Source of the DNA: Myxococcota bacterium
GTDB taxonomy: Bacteria; Myxococcota_A; SURF-8
NCBI GenBank assembly: GCA_963674735.2
Contig: CAXXQS010000002.1
Location: 2,016,001 to 2,080,000 of the forward strand
DNA: 64,000 nt
Direction: 5' to 3'
The translations under genes and the position numbers were made by a program. Of the stretch, positions 54,067 to 63,305 are shown in pieces. The notes beneath the pieces were generated by a model. That model ran no database searches. It saw nothing but the letters and a program-made list of their open reading frames with translations, and had not been told where the DNA came from. Positions within the stretch are counted from its first letter, which is position 1. Each line of letters opens with the position of its first letter.

Positions 54067-55032
54067 TTAGATTCCGTCGCCGTGGCCGTATAGGTCGTGG
54101 CTGGCGCGGGTTTGCAAGACGCGCGACCCGGCGGGGACGTCGTCCGTTAGCCAGACGTTGCCGCCGATGACCGCTCCGTCGCCGATGACCACCGGGCCGA
54201 GAATGGTGGCCCCGGAATAGATGATCGCGTCGTTCCCGATCTGCGGATGGCGCTTGATACCTTTGATGGGGTTGCCCTGTTCGTCCAGCGGGAAGCTTTT
54301 GGCCCCCAGCGTGACACCCTGGTAGAGGCGCACGTGGTCGCCGATGATGCAGGTTTCGCCGATCACCACGCCGGTGCCGTGGTCGATCATGAACGATTCG
54401 CCGATCTGCGCGCCGGGGTGAATGTCGATGCCGGTATTGGCGTGGGCGTACTCGGTGATGATGCGCGCGATGATGGGCACGTTCAGCTTGTAAAGCTCGT
54501 GCGCCAGGCGCTGTGCCATGGTGGCCGCCAGGCCCGGATAACAGAAGATCACCTCGTCGCGTGATTTGGACGCGGGATCGCCGGAGTAGGTGGCTTCCAC
54601 GTCCAATTGCAACAGGGCCACCACGTCGGGGATACGAGCCATGAAGCGGGTGGTGATGTCGGAGGCCAGCTCGTCGCACTGGTTGCAGGACTCTTTGCTG
54701 CCGTCGCATTGAAAACACAGGCCCCGGTGAATCTGTTCTTTCAGGGTATGGTGGATGTTGTCGAGGATCGCACCCAGGTGAAAAGGCAGGCTCGCGGCAT
54801 CCACGTCTTCGGGGCCGAAACAGCGCGGAAAAATCACGGAGCGGAACTGCTCGACGATATCGATGATGGCCTTGTGCGACGGCAGGGGCTTGCAGGTGGA
54901 GCGCCGCACGCCGTTTCGTCCGAGATGACAATCGGTGATGGCCTGCACGATCTGTTCGAGCTGGTTGCGATGAAAATGGCGCTCGTCGCAGCTGTCTCCC
55001 TGGCGGGTTCGCAACGGATCGGTCGGGTTCAT
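54067..55032 (-). CDS. cysE: Serine O-acetyltransferase (EpsC-type)
   Basis: GDPA, YPG, TGIDIHPGAQIG, IDHGTGVVIGET, YQGVTLG, KRHP. Confidence 0.93.
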   Translation of the reverse strand: MNPTDPLRTRQGDSCDERHFHRNQLEQIVQAITDCHLGRNGVRRSTCKPLPSHKAIIDIVEQFRSVIFPRCFGPEDVDAASLPFHLGAILDNIHHTLKEQIHRGLCFQCDGSKESCNQCDELASDITTRFMARIPDVVALLQLDVEATYSGDPASKSRDEVIFCYPGLAATMAQRLAHELYKLNVPIIARIITEYAHANTGIDIHPGAQIGESFMIDHGTGVVIGETCIIGDHVRLYQGVTLGAKSFPLDEQGNPIKGIKRHPQIGNDAIIYSGATILGPVVIGDGAVIGGNVWLTDDVPAGSRVLQTRASHDLYGHGDGI

Positions 55033-55154
55033 ACGATACTCCTTGCCAAAGCCCCTAAAACAATCCGGTTGATTAGATACGTTTACCCCTTTCCTGTATG
55101 CCATTTTTTCGACTGCGTCAACCGTAGACTTCCGCAGCGTCGACCGACACGTCC

Positions 55155-55337
55155 TAGGGCGTGTCAATTTTGATTTCGTCTCGAGGAATCTTCGATCGAT
55201 GATGGGTGGCACGGGCTAAACCGTCAGGTTTGCCCGTGAAAACAGCATGGGCAAGCCAAAGGCTTGGCCCATGGCACCCCGCAAACCGAATTATCGTGGG
55301 TGGAAAACGGTGAAAAGCTTAGAACTGAATCGCCATG
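55155..55337 (+). mobile_element. MITE family 2, copy C
   Basis: Ends tagggcgtgtcaattt / agaactgaatcgccatg; 9-bp TSD gacacgtcc (55146-55154) / gacacggcc (55338-55346). Confidence 0.88.
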
Positions 55338-55354
55338 GACACGGCCCGAGGCGA

Positions 55355-55383
55355 TTGTTCCCATCCGCGAATCGTGCTACACT
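55355..55383 (+). promoter_or_regulatory. Promoter of the folE-like operon
   Basis: TTGTTC-17bp(TGc)-TACACT. Confidence 0.55.
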
Positions 55384-55416
55384 CGACCCGATTTCAACGC
55401 GAGCGGGAGAGAAACC

Positions 55417-55995
55417 ATGACGAAGCAGGGAGAGCAGGAGGTGCGTCTGGCGCAGGCGGCCGAGCATTTACGCAAAGCCTTTTCGATCATGGGGGTGGTC
55501 AGCCCCGACGATCCCGAAACCGATCGGACGCCCACCCGCGTGGCGCATTTGAAAAACGATCTGTTCTGGGGGCTCGATCCGGCCCGCAAGCCCAAACTGA
55601 GCCTCACGGAAACCGACTATCGCGGCTTGGTTTTGTTGAAGGATCTGCCGTTCTATTCCATGTGCGCCCATCACCTGCTGCCCTTTTTCGGCACCGCCGC
55701 CATCGGCTACCTGCCCAGCGGCAAGGTGGCGGGCTTGGGCAGTTTCCCGAAATTATTGTCTTATTATGCGGCGCGTCCCCAACTTCAGGAACGCCTGGCC
55801 GAACAACTGGTCGAGCACCTCGACGCCGAACTGAAACCGCAGGGGCTGATCGTGCACCTGAGCGCCCGGCAGATGTGCGTCGAAATGCGCGGCGCGTCGA
55901 GTCCCTGCCAGGTGGACGTCACGGCGGCGCGCGGCAGATTGTACGAGGACGAAAGCGCACGCCACGAATTCTTCAGGCGCTTGGCCGCCTTATGA
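55417..55995 (+). CDS. GTP cyclohydrolase I (FolE) family protein, divergent active site
   Basis: TPTRVA, FYSMCAHHLLPFFG, RPQLQERL, MCVEMRG. Confidence 0.85.
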   Translation: MTKQGEQEVRLAQAAEHLRKAFSIMGVVSPDDPETDRTPTRVAHLKNDLFWGLDPARKPKLSLTETDYRGLVLLKDLPFYSMCAHHLLPFFGTAAIGYLPSGKVAGLGSFPKLLSYYAARPQLQERLAEQLVEHLDAELKPQGLIVHLSARQMCVEMRGASSPCQVDVTAARGRLYEDESARHEFFRRLAAL

Positions 55996-56008
55996 TCAAG
56001 GAGCGGGA

Positions 56009-56941
56009 ATGATGACGCCGCCTTCGCACTGCGATGCGCTGATTCTGGGTGCCGGTCTGGCGGGTGTGAGCGCCGCCCTGTGGCTGGCCAAGTTCAAGGT
56101 TTCCCATCGTCTGCTCGATCAAGCCCCGCAATTGGGCGGCGAACTGTTTCGCGTGCATACCCCCATTCGCGATTACCCCGGCCTGACTTTGGCCCATGGC
56201 CGCGAGTTGCAGGCGCTTCTGGATGCCCAGGCGCGGGAGTTGGGGGTGTCGTTTTCGGGCGGCGTCACCGTGCAGCGGGTGGACCTCGACACACGGACGG
56301 CGGAAACCTCCGCCGGAACGTGGTCGTTTCGGGCGCTGATCATCGCGTTGGGACTGCGGCGGCGGCGGCTGGCCGTCCCCGGCGAACGCCAATACTTCGG
56401 TCGCGGTGTCACCGATTCCGCCAGCGCACATCTCGACGAACTGGCCGGACGGCGCGTGCTGGTGGTGGGCGGCGGCGACGGGGCGCTGGAGAACGCGCTG
56501 ATGTTGGCCGAACGCTGCCCCGAGGTGTGGGTGTCCATGCGCGGCACGGTTCCGCGCGCGCGTGCCGAATTCGTCGAGCGGGTGGCCACGCAACCCACCA
56601 TTCATCTCTGGCCGCAAACCCGCATCACGCGTTTCACCGGCGATGGTGAGCGGCTCACCGGCGTCACCCTCGACACGGGTCGTCTCATCGAGACGCATCC
56701 GATCGAGGCGGCGGTGATCAAGATCGGTTTCGAACCCAATACCGACCTGTTCAAAGGAGCCGCGTTCCCCCGCGATCCCGAAGGCACGCTGACCGTCGAT
56801 CGTTTCACCTACACCGGTCGGCCGGGTGTGTATGCCGTGGGCGACATCGCCAATCCGCATTCGCCCAGTCTGGCCGCTTCGGCGGGGGACGGCGCCCGCG
56901 CCGCGCGCGAGGTGTACGAGTGGTTGAAGCAGGCGCGTTGA
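56009..56941 (+). CDS. Thioredoxin-reductase-like FAD/NAD(P)H oxidoreductase lacking CxxC
   Basis: GAGLAG, VVGGGDGA, YAVGD; the CxxC position reads GVTDSASAH. Confidence 0.85.
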   Translation: MMTPPSHCDALILGAGLAGVSAALWLAKFKVSHRLLDQAPQLGGELFRVHTPIRDYPGLTLAHGRELQALLDAQARELGVSFSGGVTVQRVDLDTRTAETSAGTWSFRALIIALGLRRRRLAVPGERQYFGRGVTDSASAHLDELAGRRVLVVGGGDGALENALMLAERCPEVWVSMRGTVPRARAEFVERVATQPTIHLWPQTRITRFTGDGERLTGVTLDTGRLIETHPIEAAVIKIGFEPNTDLFKGAAFPRDPEGTLTVDRFTYTGRPGVYAVGDIANPHSPSLAASAGDGARAAREVYEWLKQAR

Positions 56942-56969
56942 GTTATTTTTGAACGACTAATGGACGCAT

Positions 56970-57099
56970 GTTGGAGCAGGGCTCCCGTCCTGCTCTGTTT
57001 GTTTGTCTTCCAACAAGGCTCCAGCCTTGTTTCCGGCGGGGCCGATTGTGAAGAAAGATCAAGACAAACCTGCGGAGCATGACAGAGCCATGCTCCTGC
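56970..57099. repeat. Degenerate GTAG-type REP doublet (REPIN-like)
   Basis: gttggagcagggctcccgtcctgctc and inverted gcaggagcatggctctgtcatgctc; inner arms gtttgtctt/aagacaaac. Confidence 0.6.
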
Positions 57100-57154
57100 T
57101 TAAGGGAACTCTTACCCAACCGAAACAGGCGATTTGCCGTCCGTCACCCCCACG

Positions 57155-57186
57155 AAAAAACGCCCGCCCCTTTGCGGGACGGGCGT
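57155..57186 (-). terminator. Rho-independent terminator
   Basis: Minus strand acgcccgtcccgcaaaggggcgggcg followed by tttttt. Confidence 0.75.
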
Positions 57187-57211
57187 CGGCATGATCGAGT
57201 CGAGCGAGTGG

Positions 57212-60200
57212 CTATTCCGGTACTTCCGTAAAAGCGAAGTCCGTAACGCTGCTGTTGCCGTATTCGTCGGTGACGCTCACGCGCGCGAGGTAGTCTCCGC
57301 CCATCAGATCGGGCAGGTCGGCGCTGAACAGGGTCAGCGGTCCGTTCCAGGAGGCGAGTGTCTCCACGCCGCCCTCATCGCGTTTGTTGACGTAGTACAC
57401 CTTGCCGTTTTCGGCTTCACTAAGCGTTACCGTATCGATGGTGTCCACCAACGATTCGTCGGAGGCCTTCAGAATGTCGATGGCGACCGTGGTTTTGGCC
57501 GGATCGGCCGGGGGACGCGGTCCGCAGTAACTGCCCACTTCTTCCGTGTGCATCAGGAACGCGCGGTTGCGGCGTCCGTCGAAGGCGCTCACGCCATCGT
57601 CGTTGCTCATCGGCGGCAGATAGCGGATCGAGCCGCTGATGGTGCCTGCGGTCAAATCCACGTTCGCGGTGCTTTCCGCCGGGGGCTGAATGTCGAAGCC
57701 GATCGGCAGCAGATCGAAGGCGTCGGAAACGAAGCTGTAGGTCTCCACACCCGTTTCGCCGTCGAAGCTCTCGGTGGAGCCGTTGTAGTAGCGGCCTTCC
57801 ACGCGGAAGCGATAGGTGCCCAGCGGGAAGGAGTAGGTTTCTTCCCATTCCGCCGTCCAGTAGTTGTTGGTGTCGGCATCGGGCTTGTTGGGCAGCGCGA
57901 AGCTTTCGTTGGCGAACGCCAGGTTGATCTCATAGAAACGGTCGTCGTAAACCATTCCGGAGGGACGCAGCACCGGTTCCCAGGTGTCGCCGTTTTGCGT
58001 TTCCAGATAGACGTGCGGGTGATCGACACCGGCATCGCCGCCGACCCAGCTCAGCACGGCATGATCGGCCATGCGGCGCGTATCGGTGGGTTGCAGGGTG
58101 ATCGAGGCCGCCGTGGGCGCATCGGTGACCGCCGGAACCCGGAAGGGCACCACCACGGCATCGGCGAAGTTGGTGGGTTTGATGTCAGGAAATTCGTTGG
58201 CGCTTTCTTCTTCGTTCCCCTCCGAGATGGCCACCGCCAGATCGGTGAGGTGGTTGATGAGGTATTCGCCGTAACGCGGACCCCAAACCGACATTTCGGT
58301 GTTGTAACCCGCCTGCATCCAATCGTGCTCGCTGGTGATGTAGAGGAAATGATCGTTGCAGTAACCGAAAACCATGTGGTCGGCGAAATCCGTGTTCGCT
58401 TCGAGTTCGGTCAGGGTGTCGAGACCGATGCGCGAGGTGGGTTCGCCCGGCAGGCTGCCGAGATAGAGGTCGCCCAGGCGGATACCGGTGAGGCGGGTTT
58501 TGCCGAATTGCGGTACCGGTCCGTGGTTCATGCGTTCGATATTGAGCACGCAGCCGAGATTCCCGTCCTTCAGCATGGTGTCGGGATTGTAGGCGTCGGT
58601 GTCCTGGTTGAAAGCCAGCCACACGTCGACCGCTTGCCCGGCCGCCAGATCGACCTTGAACCAATCTTCGTTGTCGGTGCAGATCTGGCCGTTCTGATAG
58701 ACGGTGTCGAGGTCGATGGCCGTGGCGGCGTCCATGTCGTCGTTGGGTTCATAAGCGTCTTCGGTGCAAGCCACCGCGGGCAGATCCGAAGCCTTGGGGC
58801 AGGTTCCGCAGGGGCGGCCGCAGGAAAGATCGATGCAGTCGCCGTTGAGCGACGGGGTGCGCGAGGGGGTCGAGGCGCTGATGCTGTAACCGCCGATGCA
58901 ATGGTCGAAACCGGCGACTTTGATGTAGTAGGTGCCGGCGGCCACATCGCCGTTTAAGGAAACCGTTTCGCCGTTGTTTTTGCTGTTGACGACGGTGGAG
59001 GCGCCCAGTTCGTTGCCCTCGGCGTCGTAAACATACAGATCGAGGTTTTGCTCGATGGGCTGGTTGAGCAGGCCGCACTGGAAGGCGCCGAAGCGGTAAG
59101 GCCCGCCCGGAGGCGCTTCCCACATGCTGACGCCGTCGGAATAGAATTCGTTGTCGGTATAGCCGATGTAGTCGCGGCTGATGGGAATGCGTTTGGAAAT
59201 GATGCTCAGGTCGACCTCGTCGGAGGGCGTGATGGACTCGAACAGTTCCATCGTTTTACGGTAGACGCGCGTGCCCAGCAGTGACATCTGAGCGGTGTGG
59301 TCGCCGCGCAGATCGTCGGAGGCGGGGGAGACGTCGCCGGCCATGCCGTTGAAGAACATGGTGTGCAGCGTTTCGCCGGGATGTTCCTTCTCCCACAGAA
59401 GCTGGGTCATGATCTCGGTGCCGCCGTGGCTGTCGTTGGTCAGCACGGTGTCGGGCTGATCCTCGATGGTGCCGTGCAGCGCGAGGGTCATGGTGACGAT
59501 CCAGGGCTTGGCGGTGCCGGAGGACAGGTCGTCGATACGCCAGACGATCAGGCGCGGATCCTTCAGCGGATCGTTCTGGCTGCGGCGGTCGCGGTTGATG
59601 CGGTTGTCGGGGTCGAAGTTGGGATTGATGCCGTAACCGAAGGCGGCCGGTTTCAGATCTTCCTGCGCTTCCTTGATCACCTTGGCCGCCGATTTCGTGA
59701 CGCGGGTGAAGCCCTCATAGCGGAATTCGCCGAAGCCCAGCGCGCCGAAGCCCAGTTCGGGCAGCAGGAACCAGTAGCTGCCCACGCCCGAGTGGGTGTG
59801 CGAACCGGTGACCACCAGGTTGTCGCTGAGGTCCGGGCCGCCCAGCGCGATGACTTCCTTCACCAGGGTGTTGACGTAAAAGTCGGTGGGGAAGTTGATG
59901 GGCAGACGCACGAACACGATGCGGTCTTCACCGTCGTCGAGGGTCAGCACGCGTACGTCCGGGCGGTCGTACTGGCCGTTGGCGGTTCCCATGCCGCCCG
60001 CGTAGGGGCTGTCCGGGCCTTTGCGTGCGCCGTAGCCGCACATGGTGCCCGGGAAGGGGAAATCGAGGAAGCCTTCGGCGAACTGGGCGTGCAGTTTGCC
60101 GTTCCATTCCGGATGTTGGGCCGGTTTCTCGCCCGGCACGAAGGGCGTGTAGGGGGAGCACAGGCCGTTGAAGCACCAGGAATCCTCGGGATAGCCCAGT

Positions 60201-60592
60201 TCCGGCGAGCAATCCATGTCGGTGCTGCAGAACACGCGGCAGCGTCCGATTTCGGTCTCGCGGGTGGCATACCAGCAAATCTGGCTGGCTTCGCAATCTT
60301 CGGGACCGATGCAGGTCGTGGACGAGACGCAGGCGCCGTCGACACAGTCCTGCTTGTCGGTGCAGTCGGAAGCATATTGACATTCGTCGCCCGATCCGTC
60401 GCCGTCCGTGTCGCCGTCCGGGTCGTCGCCGTCTGGCTCGTCACCGTCGGGATCATCGCCGTCGGGGTTGTCGCCGTCGGGGGACGTGTCGCCGTCGGGA
60501 GGTGTGTCGCTATCGGATGAAGAGCTGCAGCCCAAGGCTCCAATCGTGAGGGCCAAAAGAAGAATCAGTGGCCATGTATACTTCCAAGACAT
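57212..60592 (-). CDS. Neutral/alkaline ceramidase-family lipoprotein with DGD tether, Cys-rich repeats and inserted PPC-like domain
   Basis: Lipobox ALGC, 7 DGD units, GSHTHSG, ALHGT, FFNGMAGDVSP, LPGEPT, FGYCNDH. Confidence 0.82.
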   Translation of the reverse strand: MSWKYTWPLILLLALTIGALGCSSSSDSDTPPDGDTSPDGDNPDGDDPDGDEPDGDDPDGDTDGDGSGDECQYASDCTDKQDCVDGACVSSTTCIGPEDCEASQICWYATRETEIGRCRVFCSTDMDCSPELGYPEDSWCFNGLCSPYTPFVPGEKPAQHPEWNGKLHAQFAEGFLDFPFPGTMCGYGARKGPDSPYAGGMGTANGQYDRPDVRVLTLDDGEDRIVFVRLPINFPTDFYVNTLVKEVIALGGPDLSDNLVVTGSHTHSGVGSYWFLLPELGFGALGFGEFRYEGFTRVTKSAAKVIKEAQEDLKPAAFGYGINPNFDPDNRINRDRRSQNDPLKDPRLIVWRIDDLSSGTAKPWIVTMTLALHGTIEDQPDTVLTNDSHGGTEIMTQLLWEKEHPGETLHTMFFNGMAGDVSPASDDLRGDHTAQMSLLGTRVYRKTMELFESITPSDEVDLSIISKRIPISRDYIGYTDNEFYSDGVSMWEAPPGGPYRFGAFQCGLLNQPIEQNLDLYVYDAEGNELGASTVVNSKNNGETVSLNGDVAAGTYYIKVAGFDHCIGGYSISASTPSRTPSLNGDCIDLSCGRPCGTCPKASDLPAVACTEDAYEPNDDMDAATAIDLDTVYQNGQICTDNEDWFKVDLAAGQAVDVWLAFNQDTDAYNPDTMLKDGNLGCVLNIERMNHGPVPQFGKTRLTGIRLGDLYLGSLPGEPTSRIGLDTLTELEANTDFADHMVFGYCNDHFLYITSEHDWMQAGYNTEMSVWGPRYGEYLINHLTDLAVAISEGNEEESANEFPDIKPTNFADAVVVPFRVPAVTDAPTAASITLQPTDTRRMADHAVLSWVGGDAGVDHPHVYLETQNGDTWEPVLRPSGMVYDDRFYEINLAFANESFALPNKPDADTNNYWTAEWEETYSFPLGTYRFRVEGRYYNGSTESFDGETGVETYSFVSDAFDLLPIGFDIQPPAESTANVDLTAGTISGSIRYLPPMSNDDGVSAFDGRRNRAFLMHTEEVGSYCGPRPPADPAKTTVAIDILKASDESLVDTIDTVTLSEAENGKVYYVNKRDEGGVETLASWNGPLTLFSADLPDLMGGDYLARVSVTDEYGNSSVTDFAFTEVPE
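60398..60499 (-). repeat. Coding (P)DGD repeat tract, 7 units
   Basis: PDGDTSPDGDNPDGDDPDGDEPDGDDPDGDTDGD. Confidence 0.9.
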
Positions 60593-60952
60593 CCCAAACC
60601 TCCGCTCGCTGTGGCCGTCATGACGGTCTGTGCCGTCGACGCCCGGATAATGATACTTCGTGTCAGTTTAAGTCTTTCGATCTTCGGTCGTGCTTGTTAG
60701 AAAACCATTATACGTCCAGCGCCTTGTACAACAAGGAAAAAATCCAATGATTTTCACCACGTTTTCTACGGCGCAATTCTCCCGTTATCGCGGGGTTCTG
60801 AACGTTTCAACGGGCTGAAAAGTCGGAACCGGGACACTACATTGTAATTACTACAGATTAGGAGGGTTTATATCCGAGTTTTCATCCCATAAGGTCGATT
60901 TTACGCCGTGTCAGGCTTTACTGTTGTGTGAACCTTCGGTTGTCGGCGAGAC

Positions 60953-60981
60953 AAAAAAAAAGAGCCGGGGCGGCCCGGCTC
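60953..60981 (-). terminator. Rho-independent terminator
   Basis: Minus strand gagccggg-ccgc-cccggctc followed by a run of 9 T. Confidence 0.85.
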
Positions 60982-61005
60982 ATCGGTGAAAGCGGCGTAG
61001 ATCGA

Positions 61006-63036
61006 TCAATAGGGTGCGATGTTGAACACGCTGCTCGTGGTTTCGACGCCGTAGGGCGTTTCACGGTTAGGCGGATTGAAGCTGCCGTCGAAATCCCCTT
61101 GCCAGACCGATGTTACGTAATAAAGTTCGAGGGACTGCGACCCGGCATCGTAGGTCGTGTAACGATCCATGATGTAGGGGCCGTAACCCGGCGTGCCGGT
61201 CGAGCGCGGGCTGCTCCATTCCCAGGGACGCGCCAGCGGAGCCGAGCGGAACAGCGCTTCGCTCGACCAGGTATTCCACAGGCAATAGTTTAAGAACCCG
61301 CCATCGGGACACCAGCTTTCATTGCTCAACATGACCAGCCCGTTGATCTCGGGCACGTACTTGACCGACAGTTCGCCGATCCCGACGCTTTTACCCGTGG
61401 GAATGGCGTAGTCCAGGGTGCCATCACCGCCGGTGAACAAGGGCAGATAGTCGAAGGTTTGGATGATCTGATCGTCGAACAGGGGCTGCGCCTGGCTTTC
61501 CTGCGTGCTCCAGCAGCCGCCGGAATGAACGCCGGTGAAATAGCGGACGGCGGATTTGTCGCAGAGCTGATCCAGCGGAACATAGGCGAGGTAGACGTTG
61601 CTGTAGCGATAGGGGACGCCCGTTCCGTAAAGCAGCAGGCCGGGACCGCTCGTGGCGGGGCGGCAGCTTCCTTCGATGTCGCTCAGATCGTCGATGAACA
61701 CCGGGCTCACCTGCAGGAATTTACCCGTGTGCGTTTCCTGGCGGGTCAGCAGCAGATCCCCCTGTTGGGTGAAGGGCGGTTCGCTCTTGAGGATGATCGA
61801 GCTTTCCGAGAACGGATCGTATAGGCCGTCGTTGTCGTAGCAATTGGTGAAAGTGACGCCGTCATCCGACCACGCCAGCCAGGAGCGCCCGGCCACACCC
61901 GAGCCCGCGAGACCGTCGGCATGCGGGTCTGAATTGTCCATATCTCGCAGCAGGCTGCTACGGCTGCTGGTGACGTAGAAAAGGACGATTTTCTGGGTGT
62001 CGCGTTCTTCGTTAGCGGCGATGCCGGTGATGGTGTTGAACCAGCCGCCCCAGATGGCCGGGTCGTTGTTGTAATGAACGCCGGGCACTTTGATCGGCAC
62101 CGTGTCCATCTCGTCGAGATGGTTGTATTCGAACAGAATTTGCCGCAGCGTGACGCCGTCGGTGGGGTTGGTGTCATTCGAAATCGTGATGGCGTTGTTG
62201 CAGCGCGAGCAGCGGTGGCCGCGCGTACAGCCCGGATTGCATTTGCGATCTTCCTCGGGGACGCCCCAGGTTTGCGGGCGCATCGTGCTGTCGCCCATGT
62301 AGGTGCGCATCAAGCCGTTGAATTCGATGCTGATGCCCAGGTCGGTTCCGTAAACCAGATCGGACATCCAGGTGGCGCCGGGCTCCCATTGGATGTAGGG
62401 GCGTTCTCCCCAGTGGCCGGACTGCCAGTCCTGGCCGAGGAACCAGTGATAGGTTTTATCGCCGACGACGTGTTCGTTGATCGGGTAATCGGTTTCGTTG
62501 TTGAAGCAGAATTCATCCCCCGAGTTGTCGTTGACCTGGCAGAAATCGTAGGTGTCGAGGTCGTAGTCCGAGCAGGGGTATAAGGGGTAGACCGTCCAGC
62601 AGCTATCGGTGCCGGCGTTGCAGGTCGAACTGCGGCATTCCGAATGGTAGGGGAGTTCGCAAACATAACCCGATTCCGCGTGACAGCGCGGTATGACGTA
62701 AACTTCCACCGACTTATTCGATTGTCCGGACGCTTTCGCCGTAAACTTATGTTTGGTGATTTCACCGGGGACAAAGTCGAAGCCGCTGGTATCGACATGG
62801 AAAATGACGTTTCCATCCAAATCCGAAATGCCGCCCCAGGGCCCCGATTCTTTATCGCCTTGCAGAGTGACCGCGACTCCGGGCGCGGAGATGCCCGAAA
62901 TTTCGAAGGTGATGGTATCGCCCCTCACAAAGCGTTGATTTTTCGTGGGTTTTTCGATTTCCAGACAGCCCATCAGCATGATCAGGGCAGTCAGGAGGAG
63001 GGCACAGTAAGCCGCACGCCCATACTTCGCTACCAT
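61006..63036 (-). CDS. DUF4185-domain lipoprotein
   Basis: Lipobox LMGC; GTDLG...GDS, GELSV, GYGPYI motifs. Confidence 0.72.
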   Translation of the reverse strand: MVAKYGRAAYCALLLTALIMLMGCLEIEKPTKNQRFVRGDTITFEISGISAPGVAVTLQGDKESGPWGGISDLDGNVIFHVDTSGFDFVPGEITKHKFTAKASGQSNKSVEVYVIPRCHAESGYVCELPYHSECRSSTCNAGTDSCWTVYPLYPCSDYDLDTYDFCQVNDNSGDEFCFNNETDYPINEHVVGDKTYHWFLGQDWQSGHWGERPYIQWEPGATWMSDLVYGTDLGISIEFNGLMRTYMGDSTMRPQTWGVPEEDRKCNPGCTRGHRCSRCNNAITISNDTNPTDGVTLRQILFEYNHLDEMDTVPIKVPGVHYNNDPAIWGGWFNTITGIAANEERDTQKIVLFYVTSSRSSLLRDMDNSDPHADGLAGSGVAGRSWLAWSDDGVTFTNCYDNDGLYDPFSESSIILKSEPPFTQQGDLLLTRQETHTGKFLQVSPVFIDDLSDIEGSCRPATSGPGLLLYGTGVPYRYSNVYLAYVPLDQLCDKSAVRYFTGVHSGGCWSTQESQAQPLFDDQIIQTFDYLPLFTGGDGTLDYAIPTGKSVGIGELSVKYVPEINGLVMLSNESWCPDGGFLNYCLWNTWSSEALFRSAPLARPWEWSSPRSTGTPGYGPYIMDRYTTYDAGSQSLELYYVTSVWQGDFDGSFNPPNRETPYGVETTSSVFNIAPY

Positions 63037-63305
63037 TGCAGCCTCGCTTTCTTTCCGGTCGTTTGAATAAATTGGTTCCCGACTTGCCTAACATACCCTT
63101 TTAGGGAAGTCAACGATTTCCTGGACCGGTTTTTCAGTGTGATTTCATGCATTCGCGTCCGCAATTCGCCGGTTGGTGATGGCCACCGCTGCGCGTTGGT
63201 ATCCGAAACGGAAAGACGAATTAAGATTGATCTTCAACGGGTGATCATGTAGATTATGAAAGCCACGAAACAAGACCCTCGTTGACTATTTGGGAGTGAA
63301 TCCAT

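Noticed and set aside
55033-55416. N-terminal extensions of cysE and folE in the ORF track (and of GNAT to 41430)
   Set aside because: They start inside MITE family 2. Better starts with SD and family-typical N-termini lie downstream.
57134-60520. 607-aa and 407-aa plus-strand ORFs
   Set aside because: Antisense to the ceramidase lipoprotein, with no motifs.
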